Origin: a bacterium
Lineage (GTDB): Bacteria > Patescibacteriota > Dojkabacteria > JAKAPS01 > JAJZLI01
Assembly: GCA_021846685.1 (NCBI GenBank)
Contig: JAJZWL010000001.1
Location: 387 to 64,386 of the forward strand
Direction of reading: 5' to 3'
DNA: 64,000 nucleotides
Shown here: positions 20,037 to 28,621 of the stretch, piece by piece
How positions within the stretch are numbered: position 1 is the stretch's first letter
Layout: every line of letters begins with the position of its first letter
Position numbers and translations under genes: made by a program
Notes under the pieces: generated by a model
What the model was told of the DNA's origin: nothing
What the model saw: only the letters and a program-made list of their open reading frames with translations
Databases searched by the model: none

Positions 20037-21586
20037 TATGCTCCTGAACTTACTGCTTTTCTTGCAGAACCTGCCCATTTCCTAACGCTTCCATATGGGC
20101 CTTGGAATCTATTCTTCAATTCTGAAGAGTAAGAAGAGAAGTCGAACCCTAATGCCTTTGTAGCATCCGCTATAACCTTAGGAATAAGAACGAAGACTGC
20201 AATAGCTAATAAAAGAGAAATTGTTTGCGAATTACTATTTGTTAACAATTGACCTAAACCTAACAAGGGTAAAGAATTTCCATTTGTAAAACCTGGAGCA
20301 TGTTGCAAAAAATATATAAGATTAAACATTGTATATATTGTCGTATATATCAAAACTGCCTTAATCATTCCTTTAAAGAATGTCCCTATAAATTTAGTCT
20401 GCCCTGGAACTGATCCTGCTAGAAATAGAAATGGAGCAACTACTGGTAAGAATAAAAACATTAGATATCCTTTTAAAAGTTGTATTACTATCTTAAATGC
20501 AGTGAAAAGAAGTATTACTGCAATTATAAAAACAATAATCCCAGATATAACCACATTCTGCCCTGCAAATTTCCCTAAATCCACAATAAGTGTTTCTAGT
20601 ATCCCTTTAGAATGAACCTGAGAAAGAGTTATGCTCGCCCCATTCAAGAATTGCTTTGTTGTAGTAAATGATACATCTCCATAAACATTAAATATATAAT
20701 TATAAGAGCTAAAAGCACTATGAAATGAACCCGAGGTTAAGTTTCCATTTAAAGCTGAGAATGCAAAATATATAAATCCCAAAAGTATATTCATTAAGTC
20801 AACCATAAATCCTCCTATTGCATAACTAAAAGTTATAAGAATTACTGCCGCTACAATATTAGGAAGTGCACTTAAAAAAGTAATCGGGACTTGTCCTCCT
20901 ACCTTTCCACCTATAATAATCATGATTCCTGTAAATAAAATCACCAAAATTAAAAGTAAAAATGAAATATTTCTAGCTACTGCCCACAAAGGATATACTG
21001 GAGACAAGAAAGAAAATCCATAGACAGGGCCACTATAATTAGTAGCTGCGAATGTAGAATTTGAATTTGTTGCTTTATGGTAAAGATATGCGAAATAACT
21101 TACTCCACTTACTGGAGGATTAGTATATAAATCAGCCATAACAGAACTTGTATCCCCTAATGCTCCATACCCTCCAGTATATTGAAAATTTCTAGATGTT
21201 GCGCCTGGAGAGTTATATTGCGTATAATTTCCAATTATAGCAATAGATCCACTTTGAAAAATAGCAGGGGTAAATCCACAAGATTCCCAAACAGACAATC
21301 CAGATCCTCCAGATGGAGCACAGGTATTAAGAGTTGAAGAACTTCCTGCAAAAACTTGCCCTGCAGCCACAAAGCCAAAGACAAGAAACGCTATTAATAT
21401 TGTTTTTATACTTAAAAAGCTGGTTTTTCTAAAGTTAGTTTCCGCAGATCGTTCTACTATATCTATTGTGTCTCTTTTGTAAATTCCTAATTTTTTGGAT
21501 ATAATTTTTGACTTCAAGAAGAATATTTTATATTTTAATTTTTTTTCTTGAATTCTAGATTTAATAGAGTGTGTTAATTTATTCAT
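20036..21586 (-). CDS. VirB6/TrbL-like polytopic membrane protein
   Basis: LWAVARNISF, ALPNIVAAVILITFSYAIGGFMVDL, VVAPFLFL patterns; about eight TM helices. Confidence 0.65.
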   Translation of the reverse strand: MNKLTHSIKSRIQEKKLKYKIFFLKSKIISKKLGIYKRDTIDIVERSAETNFRKTSFLSIKTILIAFLVFGFVAAGQVFAGSSSTLNTCAPSGGSGLSVWESCGFTPAIFQSGSIAIIGNYTQYNSPGATSRNFQYTGGYGALGDTSSVMADLYTNPPVSGVSYFAYLYHKATNSNSTFAATNYSGPVYGFSFLSPVYPLWAVARNISFLLLILVILFTGIMIIIGGKVGGQVPITFLSALPNIVAAVILITFSYAIGGFMVDLMNILLGFIYFAFSALNGNLTSGSFHSAFSSYNYIFNVYGDVSFTTTKQFLNGASITLSQVHSKGILETLIVDLGKFAGQNVVISGIIVFIIAVILLFTAFKIVIQLLKGYLMFLFLPVVAPFLFLAGSVPGQTKFIGTFFKGMIKAVLIYTTIYTMFNLIYFLQHAPGFTNGNSLPLLGLGQLLTNSNSQTISLLLAIAVFVLIPKVIADATKALGFDFSSYSSELKNRFQGPYGSVRKWAGSARKAVSSGA

Positions 21587-21618
21587 AAAACATTAAATTG
21601 TATCAAAAACTATATATA

Positions 21619-22290
21619 TTACAATAGCAAATCTGATCTATTTTTTCTAGTTTTTTTAAGACTTTCTTTTTTTCTATATTCTTCAACCTTTTTGTGATCT
21701 CCAGAAATAAGTACTTCAGGAACTTTTTCCTCCATAAAAATAGCAGGTCTCGTATATTGAGGATATTCAAGCAAATTGGGATCAGAAAAAGACTCTTCTG
21801 ATAAAGATTCATTATTCCCTAGAACGCCTGGAATAAGACGTGATACGGAATCTAAAACACACAAAGAGGCATAGTCTCCAGAAGAGAGAATAAAGTCTCC
21901 TATACTTAATTCTATATCTACAAATTTTAAAATTCTCTCATCAAATCCTTCAAATTTAGGACAGATTAATGTTATATTTTCTTTTTTTGAAAAATTTATT
22001 GTTTTTTGTTGATTAAATTTCTTTCCAGAAGCTGAAAATATTATTGAGTAAGTATCTTGAGTTTCTTTTATCTTTTTCAAAGCGTTATATAACACATCTA
22101 CTCTAAGAATCATTCCTGCTCCTCCTCCGTAAGGAGAATCATCTATTGACCCGCGTTTATCTATTGCACTATCTCTAAGAGAGTGTATTTCTATTTGAAG
22201 TTTTTTTTGAGTTATTGCCCTTTGTATTATTCCAAATTTAAATATATTTGAATAAAATTCAGGATACAGAGTAATAATATTAACTTTCAT
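21619..22290 (-). CDS. trmD: tRNA (guanine37-N1)-methyltransferase
   Basis: DDSPYGGGAGM, SIGDFILSSG, LEYPQYTRP. Confidence 0.96.
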   Translation of the reverse strand: MKVNIITLYPEFYSNIFKFGIIQRAITQKKLQIEIHSLRDSAIDKRGSIDDSPYGGGAGMILRVDVLYNALKKIKETQDTYSIIFSASGKKFNQQKTINFSKKENITLICPKFEGFDERILKFVDIELSIGDFILSSGDYASLCVLDSVSRLIPGVLGNNESLSEESFSDPNLLEYPQYTRPAIFMEEKVPEVLISGDHKKVEEYRKKESLKKTRKNRSDLLL

Positions 22291-22296
22291 TTATTT

Positions 22297-22620
22297 TTAT
22301 AAAAGCTCTTCTATTTGTTTTACAAAATCAGCTTTAGGTCTTACTCCTATGAGTCTTGCAACTTCTTTTCCTTCTTTAAAGAAGACAACATTAGGAATGC
22401 TCATAACTTGATATTCTGATGCCCTGTCTGAACTTGCATCTACATCTAATTTACATACCTTCACTTTATCTTTATATTCTTCAGAAACTTCTTCTATTAC
22501 AGGAGAGAGCATATGACAAGGCATACACCAATCAGCCCAGAAGTCTACAATAACAATTTTTTCTTTTTCATCTAGAACTTCTTTTTGAAATGTTTGAGAA
22601 TCTAAATCTACGTGAGACAT
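22297..22620 (-). CDS. trxA: Thioredoxin
   Basis: VDFWADWCMPC, VMSIP. Confidence 0.93.
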   Translation of the reverse strand: MSHVDLDSQTFQKEVLDEKEKIVIVDFWADWCMPCHMLSPVIEEVSEEYKDKVKVCKLDVDASSDRASEYQVMSIPNVVFFKEGKEVARLIGVRPKADFVKQIEELL

Positions 22621-22659
22621 TATATTAAATCATTATAAATTAATTGATCTTAGTATATC

Positions 22660-22690
22660 AAAAAAAGGCGGGAATAAAAACCCCGCCTTT
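22660..22690 (-). terminator. Rho-independent terminator of the major pilin gene
   Basis: Minus strand AAAGGCGGGG-TTTTTA-TTCCCGCC followed by a T run. Confidence 0.85.
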
Positions 22691-22717
22691 CTTGAGCAGT
22701 ATAGATAAAGAGAAAAA

Positions 22718-23299
22718 TTAACTTCCTCCGTTATATTCGTATACTAATGGGTATCCTGCTGTGTTTGTAGTAGCTCCTTTAGGTAAAGCAGCTCCAGTTC
22801 CAGTAGAGAAAACCAATATTTTATTTCCTGCTATATTTTCCCCTACATAATAGTTTCCTGCTGGAAGAGATCCCAGATCAGCACTAATTGCAGTATATAA
22901 AGCAGAACCTGTTGTTAACTGTTCACAATCTCCTGCGGCAGTTCCTGTTGCTATAGCAACGGATGCATTAGGAATAGTTCCTGTTCCTGTAACACAATAA
23001 GGTGTCCCAGTAGATGAGCCAGTAACACTAAATCCATATGCAGTAGATGTAACAATTACACTTCCTGAAGAAGGTGTAGGAATCCCAGATGGGTATTGTC
23101 CTTTATTATCAACTGTATATGTCTGAATAGCTTTATATATTTGTTGTATATTACTTTCAGTAGTTGTATTGTTTGCATCTGCAATTCTTCCAATTGGATC
23201 CAAGGCAATAAATACTACTAAAGCTAAAATAGCAATAATAACAATAACTATCAAAATTTCAATCAGGGTGAAACCCTTTTTATTTGTAATTTTTTTCAT
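22718..23299 (-). CDS. Type IV pilin, probably the major pilin
   Basis: KKG/FTLIEILIV prepilin motif; own terminator; perfect Shine-Dalgarno. Confidence 0.88.
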   Translation of the reverse strand: MKKITNKKGFTLIEILIVIVIIAILALVVFIALDPIGRIADANNTTTESNIQQIYKAIQTYTVDNKGQYPSGIPTPSSGSVIVTSTAYGFSVTGSSTGTPYCVTGTGTIPNASVAIATGTAAGDCEQLTTGSALYTAISADLGSLPAGNYYVGENIAGNKILVFSTGTGAALPKGATTNTAGYPLVYEYNGGS

Positions 23300-23305
23300 T
23301 TTTTC

Positions 23306-23314
23306 TCACCTCCC
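23306..23314 (-). promoter_or_regulatory. Strong Shine-Dalgarno GGGAGGTGA
   Basis: 6 nt before the pilin ATG. Confidence 0.85.
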
Positions 23315-23364
23315 TTGTTTTATATATTTAATAATTTATATCAGTCCCCTTTTTTTGTCAATAA

Positions 23365-23895
23365 TTAAAAATTGTAAATTTGGTAAGCAACTGCAAATCC
23401 CTTCTTATCAATATTTGACCCTTGTCCTAAGTCTGTACAAAAAACAACAACTTTTGTTCCATAGATATTTTTTGCCACATAAAAATCCCCTTTTGGCAAT
23501 CCTCCTTTAATGTATGGAGATATTTGAGAGGCAAAAGGAGTATTAGTTACAACCCCTAAACATGTATTGTCATATGCTCCTGCCTGTATACAATTTGGAA
23601 TTCCAGGAGAATTTCCCATAACATCAAATCCTGCCCCTACTCCAGAAGCTTGAGTGTTATTTATTACTAAAGGAGAAGATATAGATGGAATAGAAGAAGG
23701 AATCTGCCCCTTATTTGCAATTGAATATTCTGCGATTGCATTTACTATTGTTTCAACAGCTTTTTCTTTTTTAATATTATATGAATCTGAAACTGCCTTT
23801 ACTGGATTAATCTCAAAAAAAACAATAAGGGAGAATAAAGCTATTGTTACTAAGAATAAAAGTATTTCTGCTATCCCAAAATTCTTTTTTTCCAT
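23365..23895 (-). CDS. Pilin paralog with degenerate cleavage site
   Basis: KKN/FGIAEILL; shares LPxGxxYVxxNIxGxKxxVF with the adjacent pilin. Confidence 0.8.
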   Translation of the reverse strand: MEKKNFGIAEILLFLVTIALFSLIVFFEINPVKAVSDSYNIKKEKAVETIVNAIAEYSIANKGQIPSSIPSISSPLVINNTQASGVGAGFDVMGNSPGIPNCIQAGAYDNTCLGVVTNTPFASQISPYIKGGLPKGDFYVAKNIYGTKVVVFCTDLGQGSNIDKKGFAVAYQIYNF

Positions 23896-23942
23896 AATTA
23901 TATATTAATATAGCATAGTGATATTTTTTTTTAAATATACCC

Positions 23943-23971
23943 TTGAAAAGTTATCCACAATTTGCTACTCT
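23943..23971 (+). promoter_or_regulatory. dnaA promoter with a perfect DnaA box in the spacer
   Basis: TTGAAA-17 nt-TACTCT; TTATCCACA at 23951-23959. Confidence 0.7.
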
Positions 23972-24016
23972 ATGTACTTACAAATCTGTCCCGAAAATTA
24001 TTTTCAAAAATAAATT

Positions 24017-25351
24017 ATGCAAAATAATGTAAATGCTGTTTGGAAAATTGCATCTTCTCAAATAAAACTTAAAATTAATGAGAATAATTTTAAGATCTGG
24101 TTTAATAAAATTAAGCTAGAGTCTATAGATAATAATATTGCAACAATTTCATGTCAAAATTCATTTACTTCAGATTATATTCAAAAAAATTATCTTAATA
24201 TAACTAAGAATTCAATAAAGGAGGTTTATGGAAGAGATATTGATATTGTTTTTAAAGTAAGACCAGAGACTGTTAATACTCAAGAAGAGCCTATATTTTC
24301 AATACAAGAAGATAAAAAAATGTTATTATCTTCAAATTTAAATCCGAAATATCAAATAAAAAACTTTATAGTTGGTTCTTCAAACAGACTAGCACATGCT
24401 GCTGCATTAGCTATTATCGAATCTCCTGGTACATTATATAACCCTTTTTTCATATATGGAGGGGTTGGTTTGGGAAAAACACATCTTATGCAAGCTATAG
24501 GAAATGAAATCCTTTCAAAAAATCCAGATACAAAAATTACCTATATGAGTAGTGAAACATTACTTAATGATTTTATTAACTCTATAGTAAAAGGTAAAAA
24601 TGAGAATTTTAGAAAAAAATATAGAGAAAATGATGTATTAATAATAGATGATATACAATTTATATCTGGTAAAAAAGGTATTCAGGAAGAATTTTTTCAT
24701 ACTTTCAATACACTTCAGCAATCAAATAAGCAAATAATACTCGCCTCAGATAGACATCCTAAAGAAATAGAAAATTTAGAAGAAAGATTGGTTTCTCGTT
24801 TTGAAGGAGGTATGGTAGCTGATATAACAAATCCTGATGAAGAAATGAGAATTGCAATTTTAAGAAAGAAGTGTGAAGAAAAAAATATAAATATTGATGA
24901 AGATATAATAAATTTAATATCAGAAAATGTAAAATCTAATATTAGAGAATTAGAAGGTGTTTTAACAAAAATAGTTGCTACTGAAAATATACTGAATAAA
25001 AAATTAAATAAAGATGAAGTATCTAAATTAATAGGAATTCATATAAAAAAAAGAAATAGGATACTTAAACCTAAGGATATTATAATAACAGTTTGTGAAA
25101 AATTTGGTATATCTCAAAGAGAGATAATTGGAACAAAGAGAACTAATAGAATTGTTCTTCCAAGACAGATTGCTATGTATATGTTAAGAAAAGATCTAAA
25201 TTTACCACTTATGGAAGTTGCAAATATACTTAAAAGAAAAGATCATACAACAGTTTTACATGCTGTGGATAAGATAGAGAAGTTAATTGAAAATGATATG
25301 TACTTAAAAGAAGAAATTAGTGATATAAGAGGCTCTTTAGAAACAAATTAA
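24017..25351 (+). CDS. dnaA: Chromosomal replication initiator DnaA
   Basis: YNPFFIYGGVGLGKTHL, IDDIQF, NIRELEG, KDHTTVLHA. Confidence 0.98.
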   Translation: MQNNVNAVWKIASSQIKLKINENNFKIWFNKIKLESIDNNIATISCQNSFTSDYIQKNYLNITKNSIKEVYGRDIDIVFKVRPETVNTQEEPIFSIQEDKKMLLSSNLNPKYQIKNFIVGSSNRLAHAAALAIIESPGTLYNPFFIYGGVGLGKTHLMQAIGNEILSKNPDTKITYMSSETLLNDFINSIVKGKNENFRKKYRENDVLIIDDIQFISGKKGIQEEFFHTFNTLQQSNKQIILASDRHPKEIENLEERLVSRFEGGMVADITNPDEEMRIAILRKKCEEKNINIDEDIINLISENVKSNIRELEGVLTKIVATENILNKKLNKDEVSKLIGIHIKKRNRILKPKDIIITVCEKFGISQREIIGTKRTNRIVLPRQIAMYMLRKDLNLPLMEVANILKRKDHTTVLHAVDKIEKLIENDMYLKEEISDIRGSLETN

Positions 25352-25661
25352 GTATTGTGAATTTAATGTGATATATATGTGTTTAAATTGTTTATAACTT
25401 AAATATATTGTGTATATAAAAATTTAGTTATTTTTATATATAAACTATTTATCCAACAATCCTACACATAGAATATATATGTATTTTATTAAAAAAAATA
25501 TGAGCTATTATTAAGTTTGCAATAAAAATATATAATGTATATTATGAACACGAAATACACATTAATTTTTACTTTAAGTATATAGATAAAATTTATATTT
25601 AGTAGAGTTATAAACATACACTACTAAGACTACTATTTTTATATATAATATAATAATAAAT
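25264..25661. other. Replication origin oriC
   Basis: TGTGGATAA at 25264; phased degenerate boxes 25356-25397; box TTATAAACA at 25608 followed by trio-like CTACTAAGACTACTA and an AT-only tract. Confidence 0.8.
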
Positions 25662-26798
25662 ATGGATATTAATATTACAAGAGAAAATTTTATAGAACTT
25701 TTAAATTTTAATATTAAGACACAAAATACAAAAATTAGTATTCCTATACTTTCGAATGTTTGTATAGAAGCTAAAGACAGTAAATTAATATTAAAAAGTA
25801 CTAATCTTGAAAATAGTATTATATCTGTTTCTGGAGTAGAAATTATAAAAGAAGGTACTACAACTGTAAATTTGAAAAATATATATGATTTTGTATCTAA
25901 TCTTAAGTCAGAAATTATAAATATTAAATTAGATAATAATATATTAACCATATCTGACGAAAATAATCATATTTCATTAAATACAATATCTTCAGAAGAA
26001 TTCCCTGATATACCTGATTCTAAAGGTAATTTAATATTAAAAATACCTGCTTTTGATTTCTCAACAGCTTTAGATAAAGTTACTTTTGCAACTTCTACAG
26101 ATATTTCTAAATTAATTTTATCTGGAGTTTTATTTGAATTTGATGATAAAAACTTAAAATTGGTTGGTATTAATGGATTTAGATTTTCAAGTGTTGAAGT
26201 AGATAATATAATTAAAGAAACTAAAGAAACTTTACCTAATATTATTGTACCTTCTTATTCTCTTGATAGTGTGTCTAAAATAATAAAAGAATTAGATATG
26301 GATAATGATTCTTATGTCTATGTATATATATTTGGAAAAAACAATCAAATCATATTTGAAATTGAAAACGTAACTTTTGTAGTAAGGTTAATAGAAGGTA
26401 AGTATCCTGATTATTTAAAAATTTTTCCTACTGATTATGAATCTGAATTTACTCTTTTAACTCAGGATCTAAAAGATGTAGTAAAATTATCTAGTATATT
26501 CAGATTTAAGGATATTTCTAGAATATATTTAGATATTGATCCTAAAGAAGGTATTATTAAATTTCAATCTTCATTAAAGGAAGTTGGAGAAAGTAATTCT
26601 ATAATAAAAACTAAAATAAAAGGAAATAAAGTTATTGCAAGTTTTAATTCTAAATACATTATGGATTTTTTAAATCATATAGATTCTGAATATATTAATA
26701 TATATATTAATCCATCTTCTTTAAAAAAAGTATCAAAATTTCAAGAAAAAGATAATAGTAAATTTACATACTTAGTTATGCCTTTAATGGAAAGGTAA
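25662..26798 (+). CDS. dnaN: DNA polymerase III beta sliding clamp
   Basis: IPILSNV, RLIEGKYPDY, FNSKY, YLVMPL; follows dnaA. Confidence 0.96.
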   Translation: MDINITRENFIELLNFNIKTQNTKISIPILSNVCIEAKDSKLILKSTNLENSIISVSGVEIIKEGTTTVNLKNIYDFVSNLKSEIINIKLDNNILTISDENNHISLNTISSEEFPDIPDSKGNLILKIPAFDFSTALDKVTFATSTDISKLILSGVLFEFDDKNLKLVGINGFRFSSVEVDNIIKETKETLPNIIVPSYSLDSVSKIIKELDMDNDSYVYVYIFGKNNQIIFEIENVTFVVRLIEGKYPDYLKIFPTDYESEFTLLTQDLKDVVKLSSIFRFKDISRIYLDIDPKEGIIKFQSSLKEVGESNSIIKTKIKGNKVIASFNSKYIMDFLNHIDSEYINIYINPSSLKKVSKFQEKDNSKFTYLVMPLMER

Positions 26799-26890
26799 TA
26801 TTATTTTAATAAATTATTCGAGGATTTGTAAATTAAGTAAAACAATATATCGTCAAAATAGATTGAACTTATACACAACCAAATATTGAT

Positions 26891-28024
26891 TTATTTCCTA
26901 GAAAATAATGTATCAGCAAAATTGTTGCTCGTAATCACAGTAAACGTATTTTTAGGGTACAGTACATTAAACTCATTAGGCAACTTGGCTTGTTTTTCCC
27001 TCCATTTAAACTCAAAAGCACTCATGTTACCATTATACTCTTCAATAAGATCAATTTCTTTTTGGCTATAACTACGCCAGAAAAAATAGTTAGGTTTATA
27101 TTCTCCATATTCGTTTGATTTTATTCTCTCTGTCACACAAAAGTTTTCCCATAATGCACCTACATCATTACGTAGATTCAATTCATTAAAATTTCTAATA
27201 AGACTGTTGCGCAAACCAAGGTCTATGAAATATATTTTGCGTAGTTTTCCTACTTCACTGCGCGGGTTTCTTTTTAAAGCTGGAAGACGATAAATAACGA
27301 AAGTCTGTTCCAGTAGAAAGATATATCTCTCAATAGTTTTGATATCTACTTCTAACAGGTTTGACAATTCCCTAAGACTAACCTCATTTCCTAATTGTAA
27401 GGCTAATGCTTGGAGAAGCTTGGTTAATAAAGGAGCCTTCTTGAGGTTTTCATATTTCAATATGTCTTTGAATAAATAATTGGAACTTAGCTCTGTAAGT
27501 GCATCCACAGCTTCACTGTCTGACATATTCCATATCATTGGATATGAACCAAATAGAAGCATCCTCTTCATGGTCTGATCTGAGATTAATCTATCACCTT
27601 GAGTAATTTCTATAAATGAGAGAGGTTCTAAATGAAAAGTCCAAGATCTTCCAGTCAATGGCTCACTAATTTTATTAGCAAGGTCAAAACTAGAGCTACC
27701 AGTCGCAATAATTTGCATTTCAGGATAATTTTCCACAAGAAGTTTTAAAGTAATCCCAATATTTTCTACTCTTTGGGCTTCATCAATTACCACAAGTTCG
27801 TAATCCCCTATAAAACTTTTTAATTCTGCAGCACTTCTATTTGTTAGATTAGCCACTACACTTGGTTCATCTCCATTTAAATAACGTCCTTTTTTCGAAG
27901 ATGTATTTAAAATTTTTTTGCTAAGAATAGTCTTTCCAACCTGGCGTGCCCCATACAAAATGATAACTCTCCCTTTGTATAGATGCTTTTCAATATTATC
28001 TTGTAGCATTCTATGAAATATCAT
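26891..28024 (-). CDS. AAA_14 ATPase with DUF4143 and PD-(D/E)xK-like tail
   Basis: GARQVGKT, IDEAQ, TGSSS, LTGR, KIYFIDLG, EIDLI...FEFKW. Confidence 0.9.
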   Translation of the reverse strand: MIFHRMLQDNIEKHLYKGRVIILYGARQVGKTILSKKILNTSSKKGRYLNGDEPSVVANLTNRSAAELKSFIGDYELVVIDEAQRVENIGITLKLLVENYPEMQIIATGSSSFDLANKISEPLTGRSWTFHLEPLSFIEITQGDRLISDQTMKRMLLFGSYPMIWNMSDSEAVDALTELSSNYLFKDILKYENLKKAPLLTKLLQALALQLGNEVSLRELSNLLEVDIKTIERYIFLLEQTFVIYRLPALKRNPRSEVGKLRKIYFIDLGLRNSLIRNFNELNLRNDVGALWENFCVTERIKSNEYGEYKPNYFFWRSYSQKEIDLIEEYNGNMSAFEFKWREKQAKLPNEFNVLYPKNTFTVITSNNFADTLFSRK

Positions 28025-28029
28025 AACTT

Positions 28030-28083
28030 AATTATATATGAATTGGTAGATACAAGTCAATCAATTATATATGAATTAGTAGA
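28030..28083. repeat. Two 21-bp direct repeats upstream of the AAA/DUF4143 gene
   Basis: AATTATATATGAATTGGTAGA (28030) and AATTATATATGAATTAGTAGA (28063), one mismatch. Confidence 0.8.
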
Positions 28084-28103
28084 CTTGTGTAAATAACTAT
28101 CCT

Positions 28104-28495
28104 CCTGACTTGTCCAAATTAGTGTGTTTTTATAAAGTTTAGGATAGTTTTATCCGCAATTCTTTAATATCATCTGTTAATTGTAGAGGTAATATTACTT
28201 TTTCTTCTGTAATTTTATTTAGTATTATTGACTCTGTAATACTTTTTAATAGTTTATTTATTTGTTTTATAGATTTCCTTTATGTAAGTTCAATGTATTT
28301 ACATATTGAAAGTGCTATGAAACATATTCGTAGATGTTTCTTTATTATTGCTTCTTTCTTGAGGTGGTATTTGACTTGGATAGAAGATTTGATTTTGCTA
28401 CCTAAATGACTTCTCTATATGCCATAGATTATTATAATGGTTTATGATAGCATCATCTGTCTCTTCATCTAAATTCGCGTAGTATCATCTTACTC
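28104..28495 (-). pseudogene. Degraded IS1634-family remnant (transposase C-terminus and right end)
   Basis: YYANL..HYNNLWHIEKSFR*, HLRICFIALSICKYIEL with stops and frameshifts; end CCTGACTTGTCCAA at 28104. Confidence 0.85.
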
Positions 28496-28621
28496 AAAGT
28501 AATAATAGAATATATTTAAAGAAAATTATTAGAGGATTTGAAAATTAAGTAAAACTACCTATATTGATAGTAAATATAAAAAATGACCTATATAACATTA
28601 AAACTATATTCCTTATATTCT
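28496..28621 (+). repeat. 126-bp direct repeat, left copy
   Basis: Identical by eye to 30239-30364; abuts the IS end. Confidence 0.92.

Noticed and set aside
9682-21586. Prophage tail module with a tape-measure gene
   Set aside because: No terminase, capsid, portal or integrase; neighbours carry signal peptides and a VirB6-like gene
25574-25951. 125-aa minus-strand ORF over oriC/dnaN, and similar antisense ORFs (3672-4202, 28545-28904, 55887-56300, 60940-61329)
   Set aside because: They overlap well-supported genes on the opposite strand and have shadow-like composition
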